From: Chitinophagaceae bacterium
GTDB lineage: Bacteria; Bacteroidota; Bacteroidia; Chitinophagales; REEL01
Length of the DNA: 64,000 nt
Direction: 5' to 3'
NCBI GenBank assembly: GCA_007695095.1
Contig: REEL01000107.1
Location: 961 to 64,960, forward strand
Position numbers and translations under genes: made by a program. Each line of letters begins with the position of its first letter. Within the stretch, counting starts at the first letter, position 1. This document shows, piece by piece, positions 44,700-54,394 of the stretch. Below the pieces are notes generated by a model that had not been told where the DNA came from, ran no database searches, and was given only the letters and a program-made list of their open reading frames with translations.

Positions 44700-46730
44700 A
44701 TGAAACAAATCACGCTGACACTTTGCTTTATTGTTTTCTCAACACTCATTCAGGCATCACTACCTGCAGAAATCGAGAATCTTAATTTTAATCAAAAAAT
44801 GCGATATGCATCAAGTGTTTATGAGTTAGGAAACTATATTGAGGCTGCCCAAATTTATGAGGTTCTAGTTGAAGAAAGAGAAAATCATGCTGAAGCAATG
44901 TTTATGCTGGCTCAGTCCTACAGAATGGCCCGGGATTATGAAAAAGCCGAAAATGCTTATAAAAACTTACTGGACGAACACTCAAACAGATATCCGGAAG
45001 CAAGATTTTACTATGCACGTATGCTTAAAAATAATACAAGTTATGCGGAGGCAAAAAGACAGTTTAATGAGTTTAAGTCAGCGGCTTCAGGTAGAAAATA
45101 CAAGGACTATTTAACTTTAGCCAAAATGGAAATTGAAGCATGTGATTTTGCGATGATAGAAACGGCTAAGAATATTTCAGATTTAGATATAAGCATTTCT
45201 CATTTGGGAGAAAGTGTTAACAGTCAGCAGACGGATTATGCTCCAGCTTATCATGGAGGAAAACTATATTTTGCATCGTTTCACACAGATTCACTTAGAA
45301 GAGGACCTTATCACGTAAGAGGACAATATTTTTCTCATATTTATTCAGTAAAAGTCGAAGACGGAAGCACTAGCGGAAGGCCTGAAGTTGTTAGAGGTCC
45401 GGTTAACGGCTCAGATTTTCATAGTGGAAACGGAGTGTTTTCAGAGGACGGCAGAAGGTTCTATTTTACAAAGTGCACTGATTTCGGGAATGCAAATATT
45501 GAATGTGCCATCTATGTGAGTTCATTTCAAAACAATCAGTTTGGGGAAGCAAAAAAGTTGAATCAACAAGTAAACAAACCCGGATTTAGTAATACACAGC
45601 CTGCTGTTGGATTAAGTAATGATGGAAAGGATATTTTGTACTTTAGTTCTGACAGAGATGGGGGAAGCGGAGGCTTTGATATCTGGTATTCAGTAATTCA
45701 GCCGGGAGGGAATGCCTCAGCTGCCGTTAATCTTGGAGAAACTGTAAACACTGTAGGTAATGAAAAAACACCTTTTTACGATCAAAGAACAGCAACATTA
45801 TACTTTAGTAGTGACGGACATCCCGGATTGGGAGGCGCAGACATTTTTAAGGTAAAAGGTAGTAAATCAAATTGGGAAACAGTTATCAATATGGGAGTTC
45901 CTGTCAATTCGCCTGCTGATGATATGTACTTTGCTATAGGAGAAGAACCGAATATTTACTATTTGTCTTCTAATAGGGAAGGGAATTTAGGAACTTTTGG
46001 TAAAACATGTTGTGATGACTTATATAGAGTAGTAGACGTCTTAATTCCGGATTTTTATATTAAAGCTACTGTTAGTGAAGAAAAACCTGACGGCGATCGT
46101 GTAGATATTTCAAATGTACAAATTCAATTGATAGATGTTACGAATGAAGCAGATAGAAAAGTAATTGATGAGCAAATATTAAGTGGCAGTGATTTATTTT
46201 ACAAAATTGAGCATGACAGACACTATCAGCTTACTCTTAGAAAGGATGATTACTTTACCGAATCACAATTTATAGATACTCGTCATTTAGCAGAGTCTGA
46301 TACCTTTAATCTGGATATTGCCATGCGAAAAATTGAAGTGGGGCAGACCTACACTTTAAGTAATATCTATTACGATTTTGGTAAAGCAGTTTTAAGACCG
46401 GAATCAAAAGAAACACTGGAGCAATTGTATCAACTATTAGTAGACAATCCGAGTATAATTATTGAAATCAGCTCACATACAGATCATGTTGGTACTGATG
46501 AAGCAAATTTAAAACTATCTCAGGAAAGAGCTCAGTCATGTGTGGATTTTCTATTGGAAAAGGGAATCCCTCAAAGTCAGTTAAAGGCAAGAGGCTATGG
46601 AAAGTCAAGACCTGTAGCACCAAACTTAAATCCTGACGGAACCAGAAACGAAGAAGGTATGCAAAGAAACCGTAGAACCGAGTTTGAGGTAATTGGTGAT
46701 CTTGACGGTGCTGAAGTTATATACGAATAG
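44700..46730 (+). CDS. TPR / TolB-like beta-propeller / OmpA-domain protein
   Basis: I place the start at ATG 44700 (signal 'MKQITLTLCFIVFSTLIQA'). It has TPR-like helices and PD40-type blades ('YFSSDRDGGSGGFDIW', 'YFSSDGHPGLGGADIF', 'YLSSNREGNLG'). The OmpA C-terminus is 'SHTDHVGTDEANLKLSQERAQSC...NRRTEFEV'. Confidence 0.85.
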   Translation: MKQITLTLCFIVFSTLIQASLPAEIENLNFNQKMRYASSVYELGNYIEAAQIYEVLVEERENHAEAMFMLAQSYRMARDYEKAENAYKNLLDEHSNRYPEARFYYARMLKNNTSYAEAKRQFNEFKSAASGRKYKDYLTLAKMEIEACDFAMIETAKNISDLDISISHLGESVNSQQTDYAPAYHGGKLYFASFHTDSLRRGPYHVRGQYFSHIYSVKVEDGSTSGRPEVVRGPVNGSDFHSGNGVFSEDGRRFYFTKCTDFGNANIECAIYVSSFQNNQFGEAKKLNQQVNKPGFSNTQPAVGLSNDGKDILYFSSDRDGGSGGFDIWYSVIQPGGNASAAVNLGETVNTVGNEKTPFYDQRTATLYFSSDGHPGLGGADIFKVKGSKSNWETVINMGVPVNSPADDMYFAIGEEPNIYYLSSNREGNLGTFGKTCCDDLYRVVDVLIPDFYIKATVSEEKPDGDRVDISNVQIQLIDVTNEADRKVIDEQILSGSDLFYKIEHDRHYQLTLRKDDYFTESQFIDTRHLAESDTFNLDIAMRKIEVGQTYTLSNIYYDFGKAVLRPESKETLEQLYQLLVDNPSIIIEISSHTDHVGTDEANLKLSQERAQSCVDFLLEKGIPQSQLKARGYGKSRPVAPNLNPDGTRNEEGMQRNRRTEFEVIGDLDGAEVIYE

Positions 46731-46847
46731 AAGAAGTTCGCTCCTTTTCAATTCAATGAGGATTAGTCGCAATAGAACTAAATTGAAACAGATTTTTTAA
46801 TTAATGAGAGTGTGAATCTTTAAGATATCTTTATCTAATGTTTAGGT

Positions 46848-48758
46848 TTACTCTTCAATATCTTTAATGATTTGCATTTCAACTCGTCTGTTTCTTTGTC
46901 TGCCTTCTGGAGTGTCATTGTCAGCTATTGGTTTTTCTTCTCCGTAATATTCAACTATTATTCTTTCCCCGCTTATACCCCTGTCAGTTAAAAACCGCTT
47001 TATAGATTTGGCTCTACTTCTTGATAAATTCATATTAAACTCAGCTCCTCCAATATTATCTGTATGCCCTTCCAGTTTAATATTCCAATCTTCATTTTCA
47101 GTTAATAAAAGAGCTAAGTCTTCCAATGATCGAAAAGAGCGGGCTTTTATAATATCCTGACCCGACTCAAACTCTAAATTATCAAAAGCTGTTTGTAGGA
47201 TTTCGCTTTCCTTTTGTTTTAATTGAACAATTTCAACGGTTACCGTATCGTAAATAGTAATGACATTTCTTTCTTCAACTCTAACGGTATCCATAACAAT
47301 TAATGTGTCTGTTACTTCTCTTCGAATAGTTTCCCATTCTTCCGGGACAGGTATTTTAGGCTTATTATGGGGTATCGGTACTTTAAGTGCAAAATGAAAA
47401 TCTGCTCCATAAAAATTACCATCACTATTGAAAAAAGGTAAAAAATTATTTGTACCGACAACTAAAGGCCCAAGCCTTACGGAAGCACCTAAGGCTCTTT
47501 GGCCTCCTTCAGCAAATGAAAAAGGTAAAGCCGCACCAAACCATTTTGAGTCAAATCTCGGTGCAATACTCCATCTCGTAAGCTCTCTGACCCTCTCCTC
47601 CTGATCGTTTCTATATACTGCCCAGAATGGAGTTACGTTCAGATAAAAATTCCTCCATAACCTTAAATCAGCTTGAATACTTATTGCCGTGGGCATATTC
47701 ATTAGAAAGTCTTCTTCTTCGTCTTCTGTAAAGATAAATCGGCTATTTATAGTATCATCAAAATCTGCCACGCTCCCTAAATCAAAATCTTTTACATACC
47801 AATCTTCTATGTCAGCATAAAAGTTTCTGCTATTCGGATGTTTATTAAATCTGAGCCTTCCTATATCTAATACTGAGAGACCTACTTTAAATGCATACTT
47901 TTCTTTGTCCCTTCTGTCGTTCATCACACCTTCGGGATATTCATATTGATACCTCCTTCTGTTTGGACGATATTCATAAACCAAACCAAAATCATATCCT
48001 AAAGTCGGATTTGCTGTAAATCGGTAATTTAAAGTTTCTTCATCAACTTCAAAATTATCTGAGTGACCATAACTCGCATTTGTAGCTACTATAGTAACTG
48101 TATCACTTCCTGACCATGAATAGCGAAGTTCATCTGCATAAAGATAAGCCGCAAATATCCCTTGTAGCAGCTTTGCTCTTGCTGCACCTTTCAGAAAATG
48201 TTGATCTCTATCCATCAGTACCATGCCAAAAGTTACTCCATATTCAGCCCAGTTCATTAATTGCACACTTAAATTTTCATTACTAAGGTCCTGATAATGC
48301 AGCGGAGGGTACATTACTCCTTCCCAGGCTAACTTTGCAAGATCAGGGTCGATATTGTCAAAGTTAAATTTTGTACGCATTCTCCATGATAAACCAATGG
48401 ACGCTCTTGGACCTAAAGAAACTGCAAATGAAGGTAATTGAATTTGATTATTAAAATAGATAAACTTGTTATCGTCATTCATGCGTTCTGAAAAATATCT
48501 TTCCTGCCAGTTATCAGCACTAAACATAGAATCTGATCTGAAAAAATCCCGGTTAACAGAAATGTAATTATTGTGAAAGGTAGTGCTAATACCAATTATG
48601 TTAATATCAACCTTGTATCGCATATCAACAATTGAAGCAGGCTGAAAGTCCATTGAAGTGACCCCTCCGTAATTCATGTTTACAATTCCTAAGTAATCCT
48701 GGCCTTTAACAGATATTAAAGTGGAGCAGAAAAAAAGAATCAAAAGTAACTTTTTCAT
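46848..48758 (-). CDS. OmpA-family protein with large N-terminal beta-barrel-like domain
   Basis: Signal peptide 'MKKLLLILFFCSTLISVKGQ', an N-terminal region of about 450 aa with barrel-like patterning, and the C-terminal 'EGHTDNIGGAEFNMNLSRSRAKSI...NRRVEMQI'. Confidence 0.8.
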   Translation of the reverse strand: MKKLLLILFFCSTLISVKGQDYLGIVNMNYGGVTSMDFQPASIVDMRYKVDINIIGISTTFHNNYISVNRDFFRSDSMFSADNWQERYFSERMNDDNKFIYFNNQIQLPSFAVSLGPRASIGLSWRMRTKFNFDNIDPDLAKLAWEGVMYPPLHYQDLSNENLSVQLMNWAEYGVTFGMVLMDRDQHFLKGAARAKLLQGIFAAYLYADELRYSWSGSDTVTIVATNASYGHSDNFEVDEETLNYRFTANPTLGYDFGLVYEYRPNRRRYQYEYPEGVMNDRRDKEKYAFKVGLSVLDIGRLRFNKHPNSRNFYADIEDWYVKDFDLGSVADFDDTINSRFIFTEDEEEDFLMNMPTAISIQADLRLWRNFYLNVTPFWAVYRNDQEERVRELTRWSIAPRFDSKWFGAALPFSFAEGGQRALGASVRLGPLVVGTNNFLPFFNSDGNFYGADFHFALKVPIPHNKPKIPVPEEWETIRREVTDTLIVMDTVRVEERNVITIYDTVTVEIVQLKQKESEILQTAFDNLEFESGQDIIKARSFRSLEDLALLLTENEDWNIKLEGHTDNIGGAEFNMNLSRSRAKSIKRFLTDRGISGERIIVEYYGEEKPIADNDTPEGRQRNRRVEMQIIKDIEE

Positions 48759-48976
48759 GGCAAAGTGTTTAAATATGGAAATACAAAAGTATATTTTTTT
48801 CTCAGGATTTAAACCCCTTATTTTTTTTATTTTTTGCTTTCTCTTTTAATATAGGTGTTGCAGCTTTTTTTGCTTGAAAATTTTGGAAAAAAGCATTTTT
48901 TCTTCCAAATTTTTTAAAATCAGTGTAACTTGCGACCGATTTCAAATCATACGTACAAAAAAGTAGACACCAAGCG

Positions 48977-50041
48977 ATGGGATGGATTTTTAAAATACCG
49001 GTTTTGACATTTATGTTTTTAATGTCTACTCTTTTCATTAAGGCGGAGCAACCGGAAATTATAGATGATATAGACGGCACAAAATCATCTGATTTTGACA
49101 TTACATATCTTATCGAAAGCAAAATTATTGATGACTATCAATGGCATATCATTGATATTGGCGAAAGGAAGATATACCTTTATCTGCCGGTTATACTTAT
49201 CGGAAAAACAGATCAGGGATGGCGTTCCAGCGTTTTTATGAGCAGTAAGTTTGACCATGGTAAAAATGAATACGCAGGTTATCGTTATAATAAGGGCAAG
49301 ATTGAATCAATTGACGGACACACCTTTTACGATATCTCTATTACGAAAAATGTACTTTCGCTTTTCTTTGTAGTATTGATAATGTGTTTGATTTTTATAT
49401 CAGTTGCTAAAACATATAAAAATAGAGTTGGTATGGCTCCGAAGGGTTTTCAGTCTTTGATAGAGCCTATTATTATTTTTGTTAGAGATGACATTGTTAA
49501 AAACTCAATTGGTGAGAAAAAATACAGAAAATTCCTGCCCTATTTGCTTACTTTGTTTTTCTTTATTTGGATTAATAACCTCTTAGGTTTAGTTCCAATT
49601 TTTCCGGGGAAAGCTAATGTTACAGGAAATATAGCTGTAACATTAACATTAGCTACGCTAACGTTAATTGTTACGAATTTTAATGGTACAAAAGCATATT
49701 GGTCTCATATACTATGGCCACCGGGCATCCCGATTCCTATCAAAATACCATTAGCTGTTGTTGAATTTATAGGTATATTTACCAAGCCTTTTGCATTAAT
49801 GATTCGTCTATTTGCGAATATAACTGCCGGACAAATCCTTATGATGAGTATCTTTGGATTGATTTTTCTGTTAGCTCCGGCTATGAGTACAGGAGGTGCA
49901 TTAGGTTTATCTATAGGTACAGTTCTATTTGCTGTTTTTATGAATATTTTAAAATTAGTAGTTGCTTTTCTTCAGGCATTTATATTTACACTATTGTCTT
50001 CTATTTTTATAGGGCAGGCAGTTGAAGAGGGGCATCATTAG
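48977..50041 (+). CDS. atpB: F0F1 ATP synthase subunit a
   Basis: Essential-Arg motif 'IRLFANITAGQIL' within a multi-TM C-terminal half, plus a long N-terminal extension with a signal-like segment, as is common in Bacteroidota. Confidence 0.9.
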   Translation: MGWIFKIPVLTFMFLMSTLFIKAEQPEIIDDIDGTKSSDFDITYLIESKIIDDYQWHIIDIGERKIYLYLPVILIGKTDQGWRSSVFMSSKFDHGKNEYAGYRYNKGKIESIDGHTFYDISITKNVLSLFFVVLIMCLIFISVAKTYKNRVGMAPKGFQSLIEPIIIFVRDDIVKNSIGEKKYRKFLPYLLTLFFFIWINNLLGLVPIFPGKANVTGNIAVTLTLATLTLIVTNFNGTKAYWSHILWPPGIPIPIKIPLAVVEFIGIFTKPFALMIRLFANITAGQILMMSIFGLIFLLAPAMSTGGALGLSIGTVLFAVFMNILKLVVAFLQAFIFTLLSSIFIGQAVEEGHH

Positions 50042-50075
50042 TAAGATTTTTTTTCATCATTTTAAATAGGTAATT

Positions 50076-50324
50076 ATGTTATTAGCTTTGATTTTAACTC
50101 AAATCACCACTTTAGGCCCACTTGCCGGTGGATTAGGTGCGGGATTAGTAGTTTTAGGCGTTAGTTTTGGTATTGGTAAAATTGGTGCAACAGCTGCTGA
50201 AGCAATTGCGCGTCAGCCTGAGGCTGCCGGTGATATCCGTACTACTGCTATCATTATTTCAGCTCTTATTGAGGGTGTTGCTCTCTTCGGTGCTGTTATT
50301 TGCTTTTTGGCAATTAGTGCCTAA
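50076..50324 (+). CDS. atpE: F0F1 ATP synthase subunit c
   Basis: 82 aa hairpin protein with a Gly-rich helix 1, the loop 'ARQPE' and the carboxylate helix 'IISALIEGVALFG'. Confidence 0.92.
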   Translation: MLLALILTQITTLGPLAGGLGAGLVVLGVSFGIGKIGATAAEAIARQPEAAGDIRTTAIIISALIEGVALFGAVICFLAISA

Positions 50325-50330
50325 ATTAAA

Positions 50331-50368
50331 AAAAAGAGTTTGTGGCGGTTGGCTACAAACTCTTTTTT
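50331..50368 (+). terminator. intra-operon terminator-like hairpin after atpE
   Basis: 'AAAAAGAGTTTGT-GGCGGTTGGCT-ACAAACTCTTTTT-T' forms a 13-bp perfect stem with an 11-nt loop and lies 7 nt after the atpE stop. Confidence 0.6.
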
Positions 50369-50393
50369 AAATTACTTTTAAAAAATTGAATAA

Positions 50394-50891
50394 ATGGATA
50401 CATTACTTTCACCAGGTTTTGGTCTTGTCTTTTGGTCAGCGATTGCATTTTTAGTCGTACTGTGGATATTAAAAAAGTTCGCATGGGGTCCTATTTTAGG
50501 CGCACTTCAAGATAGAGAGTCATCTATAGAAGCCTCTCTTAAAGCTGCAGAAGAAGCCAGAAAAGAAATGGCAGACTTAAAAGCAGATAATGAAAGAATC
50601 TTAAATGAGGCTAGAGCTGAAAGAAATGAAATCATTAAAGAAGCAAAAGAGCTTAAGGAAAGCATAATTAATGAGGCTAAAGATAAGTCAAGAGAAGAAG
50701 CTGCTAAAATTATTGAAGCCGCTAAAGCCGATATTCAAAACGAAAAAATGGCCGCAATCACTGATATTAAGAATCAAGCCGGTTTAATGGCCATTGAAAT
50801 AGCTAAACAGGTTCTTAAAAAAGAACTTAAGGATAACGAGGCTCAGGAGAAATATGTTGACGAATTAATTAACGATTTTAAATTGAACTAG
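50394..50891 (+). CDS. atpF: F0F1 ATP synthase subunit b
   Basis: 165 aa: a single N-terminal TM helix followed by a long charged coiled-coil ('[24 protein letters not shown]'), at the expected operon position. Confidence 0.85.
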   Translation: MDTLLSPGFGLVFWSAIAFLVVLWILKKFAWGPILGALQDRESSIEASLKAAEEARKEMADLKADNERILNEARAERNEIIKEAKELKESIINEAKDKSREEAAKIIEAAKADIQNEKMAAITDIKNQAGLMAIEIAKQVLKKELKDNEAQEKYVDELINDFKLN

Positions 50892-50896
50892 CCCTC

Positions 50897-51457
50897 ATGT
50901 CAAATTATCGATTAGCAGAAAGATATGCAAAAGCTCTACATCAGCTTTCACTTGAATTAAACAAAAGTGATGAGTTGAGAGATGATATATATTTACTGCA
51001 TACAGCATTAAAGGGAAACAGAGATCTTGAATTAATGCTGAAAAGCCCAATAGTCAATGCCGGTAGCAAAAAGAATGCAATTCACGCTATTTTTTCCGGT
51101 AAAATCGATGAAATGACCTTGAAATTCCTGAATCTTTTAATTGCAAAAGGAAGGGAAATATATATCAAAGATGTAACGGAAGCTTACTTTAAAATAGATT
51201 TTATTCACAGAGAAATTACTCCGGTAGTTTTAACATCAGCAGTTAAAGTAAGCAAAGAGATTGAAGAAAAAGTGATTTCAATCCTGAAAGAAAGTAAAGT
51301 AGTTAAAAATGTTAATCTTACTACAAAAGTAAATTCCGATATTATCGGAGGCTTTGTTTTAAGTTTTGAAGATAAATTATTTGATGCAAGTGTCTTGAGA
51401 AAACTTGAGTTACTGCAAAAACAGTTTGAAGAAAATATTTACGAAAAAAAGTTTTAA
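50897..51457 (+). CDS. atpH: F0F1 ATP synthase subunit delta (OSCP)
   Basis: 186 aa with 'AERYAKAL' near the N-terminus and 'IIGGFVL' near the C-terminus, at the expected operon position. Confidence 0.85.
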   Translation: MSNYRLAERYAKALHQLSLELNKSDELRDDIYLLHTALKGNRDLELMLKSPIVNAGSKKNAIHAIFSGKIDEMTLKFLNLLIAKGREIYIKDVTEAYFKIDFIHREITPVVLTSAVKVSKEIEEKVISILKESKVVKNVNLTTKVNSDIIGGFVLSFEDKLFDASVLRKLELLQKQFEENIYEKKF

Positions 51458-51460
51458 AAT

Positions 51461-53044
51461 ATGGTTGAGATAAGACCGGATGAAATTTCAGCAATCCTAA
51501 GAGAACAATTATCAAACACTAAAACAGCAGAGCAGCTGGAAGAGATTGGTACTGTTTTGCAAGTAGGTGATGGTATAGCAAGGGTATATGGTTTAACAAA
51601 CGTTCGCTACGGGGAATTGGTTGAATTTGAAAATAAGGTTAAAGCAATAGCTCTAAACCTTGAAGAGGATAATGTGGGTGTTGTATTAATGGGTGAAACG
51701 GAATCCATTAAAGAAGGTGATACCGTTAGAAGAACCGGTTTGATTGCATCAATTAACGTTGGTGAGGGTATGTTAGGCAGAGTAGTGAATACTTTGGGAA
51801 AACCTGTTGACGGAAAGGGACCAATTGAAGGCGAACTTTTTGAAATGCCGATAGAGCGCAAAGCTCCGGGTGTAATTTTCAGACAGCCTGTAAATGAGCC
51901 TCTGCAAACAGGAATTAAAGCAATTGATGCAATGATACCTATCGGTAGAGGTCAGCGTGAGTTAATTATCGGAGACAGACAAACCGGTAAAACAGCTATC
52001 GCTATTGATACAATTATCAATCAAAAAGAGTTTTATGAGAGAGGTGAGCCCGTTTACTGTATATATGTAGCTTCAGGTCAAAAGGCATCAACAGTAGCTC
52101 AGGTTGCTAAAACACTAAATGATAATGGCGCTATGCCGTATACAACTATTGTAGTTGCTTCTGCTTCAGATCCGGCACCTCTTCAGTTCTATGCACCCTT
52201 CGCCGGATGCGCTATAGGAGAATATTTCAGAGATACAGGAAGACCTGCTTTAATTATATATGATGACTTGTCTAAACAAGCCGTTGCATATCGTGAAGTT
52301 TCACTTTTGTTAAGAAGACCTCCGGGAAGAGAAGCCTATCCGGGTGACGTTTTCTACCTGCATTCACGTTTATTGGAAAGAGCCGCAAAAGTTATCGACA
52401 ATGATACAATTGCAGCAGGAATGAACGACTTACCGCCATCTTTAAAAGGAAAAGTAAAAGGAGGAGGATCTCTTACAGCTTTACCTATTATCGAGACTCA
52501 GGCAGGTGACGTTTCAGCATATATACCTACAAACGTAATTTCAATTACAGACGGACAGATTTTCCTTGATTCGAATTTGTTTAACTCAGGTGTAAGACCG
52601 GCTATTAATGTTGGTATTTCAGTATCAAGAGTAGGTGGTGCTGCACAGATTAAAACAATGAAAAAAGTGGCAGGAACTCTTAAGTTAGACCAGGCACAAT
52701 ATCGTGAATTGGAAGCATTTGCTAAGTTCGGCTCTGATTTAGATCCGGCTACCATGAATGTTTTAGCTAAAGGTCAGCGAAATGTGGAAATGCTAAAGCA
52801 GCTTCAGTATTCACCTTTGGCAGTAGAACTTCAAGTTGCAATTATATTCGCCGGAACAAATAATCTCATGAGAGATGTCCCTATTGATAAGGTTAAAGAA
52901 TTTGAGAAAGAATATTTGGATATCCTGACAGTTAGACATAAAGACTCACTGGAAGAACTAAAAACCGGTAAATTAACTGATACGGCTATTCAAGCTATGA
53001 AAGAAGTTGCAAAAGAGTTAAACAATAAGTTTAAGAAGAAATAA
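51461..53044 (+). CDS. atpA: F0F1 ATP synthase subunit alpha
   Basis: Walker A '[15 protein letters not shown]', '[16 protein letters not shown]' and '[21 protein letters not shown]'. Confidence 0.97.
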   Translation: MVEIRPDEISAILREQLSNTKTAEQLEEIGTVLQVGDGIARVYGLTNVRYGELVEFENKVKAIALNLEEDNVGVVLMGETESIKEGDTVRRTGLIASINVGEGMLGRVVNTLGKPVDGKGPIEGELFEMPIERKAPGVIFRQPVNEPLQTGIKAIDAMIPIGRGQRELIIGDRQTGKTAIAIDTIINQKEFYERGEPVYCIYVASGQKASTVAQVAKTLNDNGAMPYTTIVVASASDPAPLQFYAPFAGCAIGEYFRDTGRPALIIYDDLSKQAVAYREVSLLLRRPPGREAYPGDVFYLHSRLLERAAKVIDNDTIAAGMNDLPPSLKGKVKGGGSLTALPIIETQAGDVSAYIPTNVISITDGQIFLDSNLFNSGVRPAINVGISVSRVGGAAQIKTMKKVAGTLKLDQAQYRELEAFAKFGSDLDPATMNVLAKGQRNVEMLKQLQYSPLAVELQVAIIFAGTNNLMRDVPIDKVKEFEKEYLDILTVRHKDSLEELKTGKLTDTAIQAMKEVAKELNNKFKKK

Positions 53045-53080
53045 TTGAAAGGTAAACTTAAGTAAAATAAGCATCATTTT

Positions 53081-53968
53081 ATGCCAGCGAATTTAAAAGA
53101 AGTAAGAAATAGAATACAGTCCGTTAAGTCTACACAGCAGATAACTAAAGCCATGAAAATGGTGTCTGCTGCGAAACTTAAGAGAGCTTCTGATGCTATA
53201 ATACAAATGAGGCCTTATACTGAAAAGCTACAGGAAATTCTTTCCAATATTGTTTCTACTATGGAAGAAGAAGTTTCACTGGACTTTAGTAAAGAACGTG
53301 ACCCTGAAAAAGTATTATTAGTATTAGTAACTTCAGATAAAGGTCTTTGCGGTGGATTTAATTCCAATAATATTAAAAAAGCAAAAGGCCTGATTGAAAA
53401 TGAATACGCTGATCAATTTGCTAAAGGCAATGTGCAACTTATGTTTATTGGTAAAAAGGGTTTTGATTATTTTAAGAAAAATAATATTAAGGGAGACACA
53501 ACATATATCGACTTATTTAAAAACCTCAACTTTAATGAGACATCTGTAATTGCTGAGTTCATAATGGAAAAATTCCTCGATGGCACCTATGACAGAATAG
53601 AAGTTATCTACGGTAAATTTTTAAATGCAGCTACTCAGGACTTCGTTGTTGAAAGGTTTTTGCCGGTACCTACTATTGAAACGGGTGACAACTACAGCAA
53701 AACAAAAGTAGATTATTTATTTGAGCCCTCTAAAGAAGAGATAATCGAAGAATTAGTTCCAAAAATTCTCAAAACTCAACTCTATAAAGCAGTTCTTGAT
53801 TCTAATGCTTCAGAACACGGAGCAAGAATGACAGCCATGGATAAAGCTACTGAAAATGCTAAAGAATTAGTGCGTCAGCTTAATATTGATTACAACAGAG
53901 CAAGACAAGCAGCAATCACTACAGAGCTTTCTGAAATTGTTGGTGGCGCTGAAGCACTCAAACAATAG
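53081..53968 (+). CDS. atpG: F0F1 ATP synthase subunit gamma
   Basis: 'IQSVKSTQQITKAMKMVSAAKL' at the N-terminus and 'ARQAAITTELSEIVGGAEAL' at the C-terminus. Confidence 0.93.
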   Translation: MPANLKEVRNRIQSVKSTQQITKAMKMVSAAKLKRASDAIIQMRPYTEKLQEILSNIVSTMEEEVSLDFSKERDPEKVLLVLVTSDKGLCGGFNSNNIKKAKGLIENEYADQFAKGNVQLMFIGKKGFDYFKKNNIKGDTTYIDLFKNLNFNETSVIAEFIMEKFLDGTYDRIEVIYGKFLNAATQDFVVERFLPVPTIETGDNYSKTKVDYLFEPSKEEIIEELVPKILKTQLYKAVLDSNASEHGARMTAMDKATENAKELVRQLNIDYNRARQAAITTELSEIVGGAEALKQ

Positions 53969-54114
53969 TTTCGGATACATTTTACTCCCTCTTTTTGACG
54001 CTAATTTGGATATCTTTTTTAACAACTGCACTCCAAATTATAATTTAAAGTGATTTTATACATTGTCACGATAAAACTTTTTTATTTTTATCAATAAGAA
54101 AGAATCTTTAAACA

Positions 54115-54369
54115 ATGGCAAAATTAAAATTAGACCTTCACGATATCTTTAATAAAGGAAAAAAGATTGATGAAGAGCTGGAAAATATCATGCAGGAAGC
54201 TGTGGAAAATAGAATACCCATCATTGAAATCATTCCCGGTAAAGGAAGTGGTCAGCTAAAGAAAAAAGTATTACGATTTCTTGAGCGAAAAGATATAAAA
54301 CAGTTATATCATCGGGTTGATAAGGATTCAAAAAATTTCGGTCGTTTATTTGTAAGATTCAAACACTAA
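54115..54369 (+). CDS. small stand-alone Smr-like domain protein (variant motifs)
   Basis: 84 aa with 'LDLHD' (canonical LDLHG) and 'IIEIIPGKGSGQLKKKV' (canonical hHGxGxG..L). The fold assignment is by motif order only. Confidence 0.55.
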   Translation: MAKLKLDLHDIFNKGKKIDEELENIMQEAVENRIPIIEIIPGKGSGQLKKKVLRFLERKDIKQLYHRVDKDSKNFGRLFVRFKH

Positions 54370-54394
54370 TTACTTTTTAAATTCATGATATATC

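Noticed and set aside
48775-48849. 24-codon hydrophobic mini-ORF (MEIQKYIFFSGFKPLIFFIFCFLF) in the atp operon leader, considered as a possible AtpI/AtpZ-like micro-protein.
   Set aside because: T-runs in an AT-rich leader readily yield Phe/Ile-rich peptides. I have no conservation or ribosome-binding evidence, and it is much shorter than known AtpI/AtpZ proteins.
48802-49122. 106-aa minus-strand ORF upstream of, and overlapping, atpB.
   Set aside because: It overlaps the atpB 5' end by 146 nt on the opposite strand. It is Lys/Phe-rich low-complexity sequence, as expected from translating an AT-rich promoter region, and it has no recognisable motif.
54004-54040. Inverted repeat AATTTGGA...TCCAAATT after atpG, considered as the atp operon terminator.
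   Set aside because: The stem is 8 bp and AT-rich, with a 21-nt loop and no following T-tract, so it is too weak to call. The 3' end of the atp operon remains undefined.
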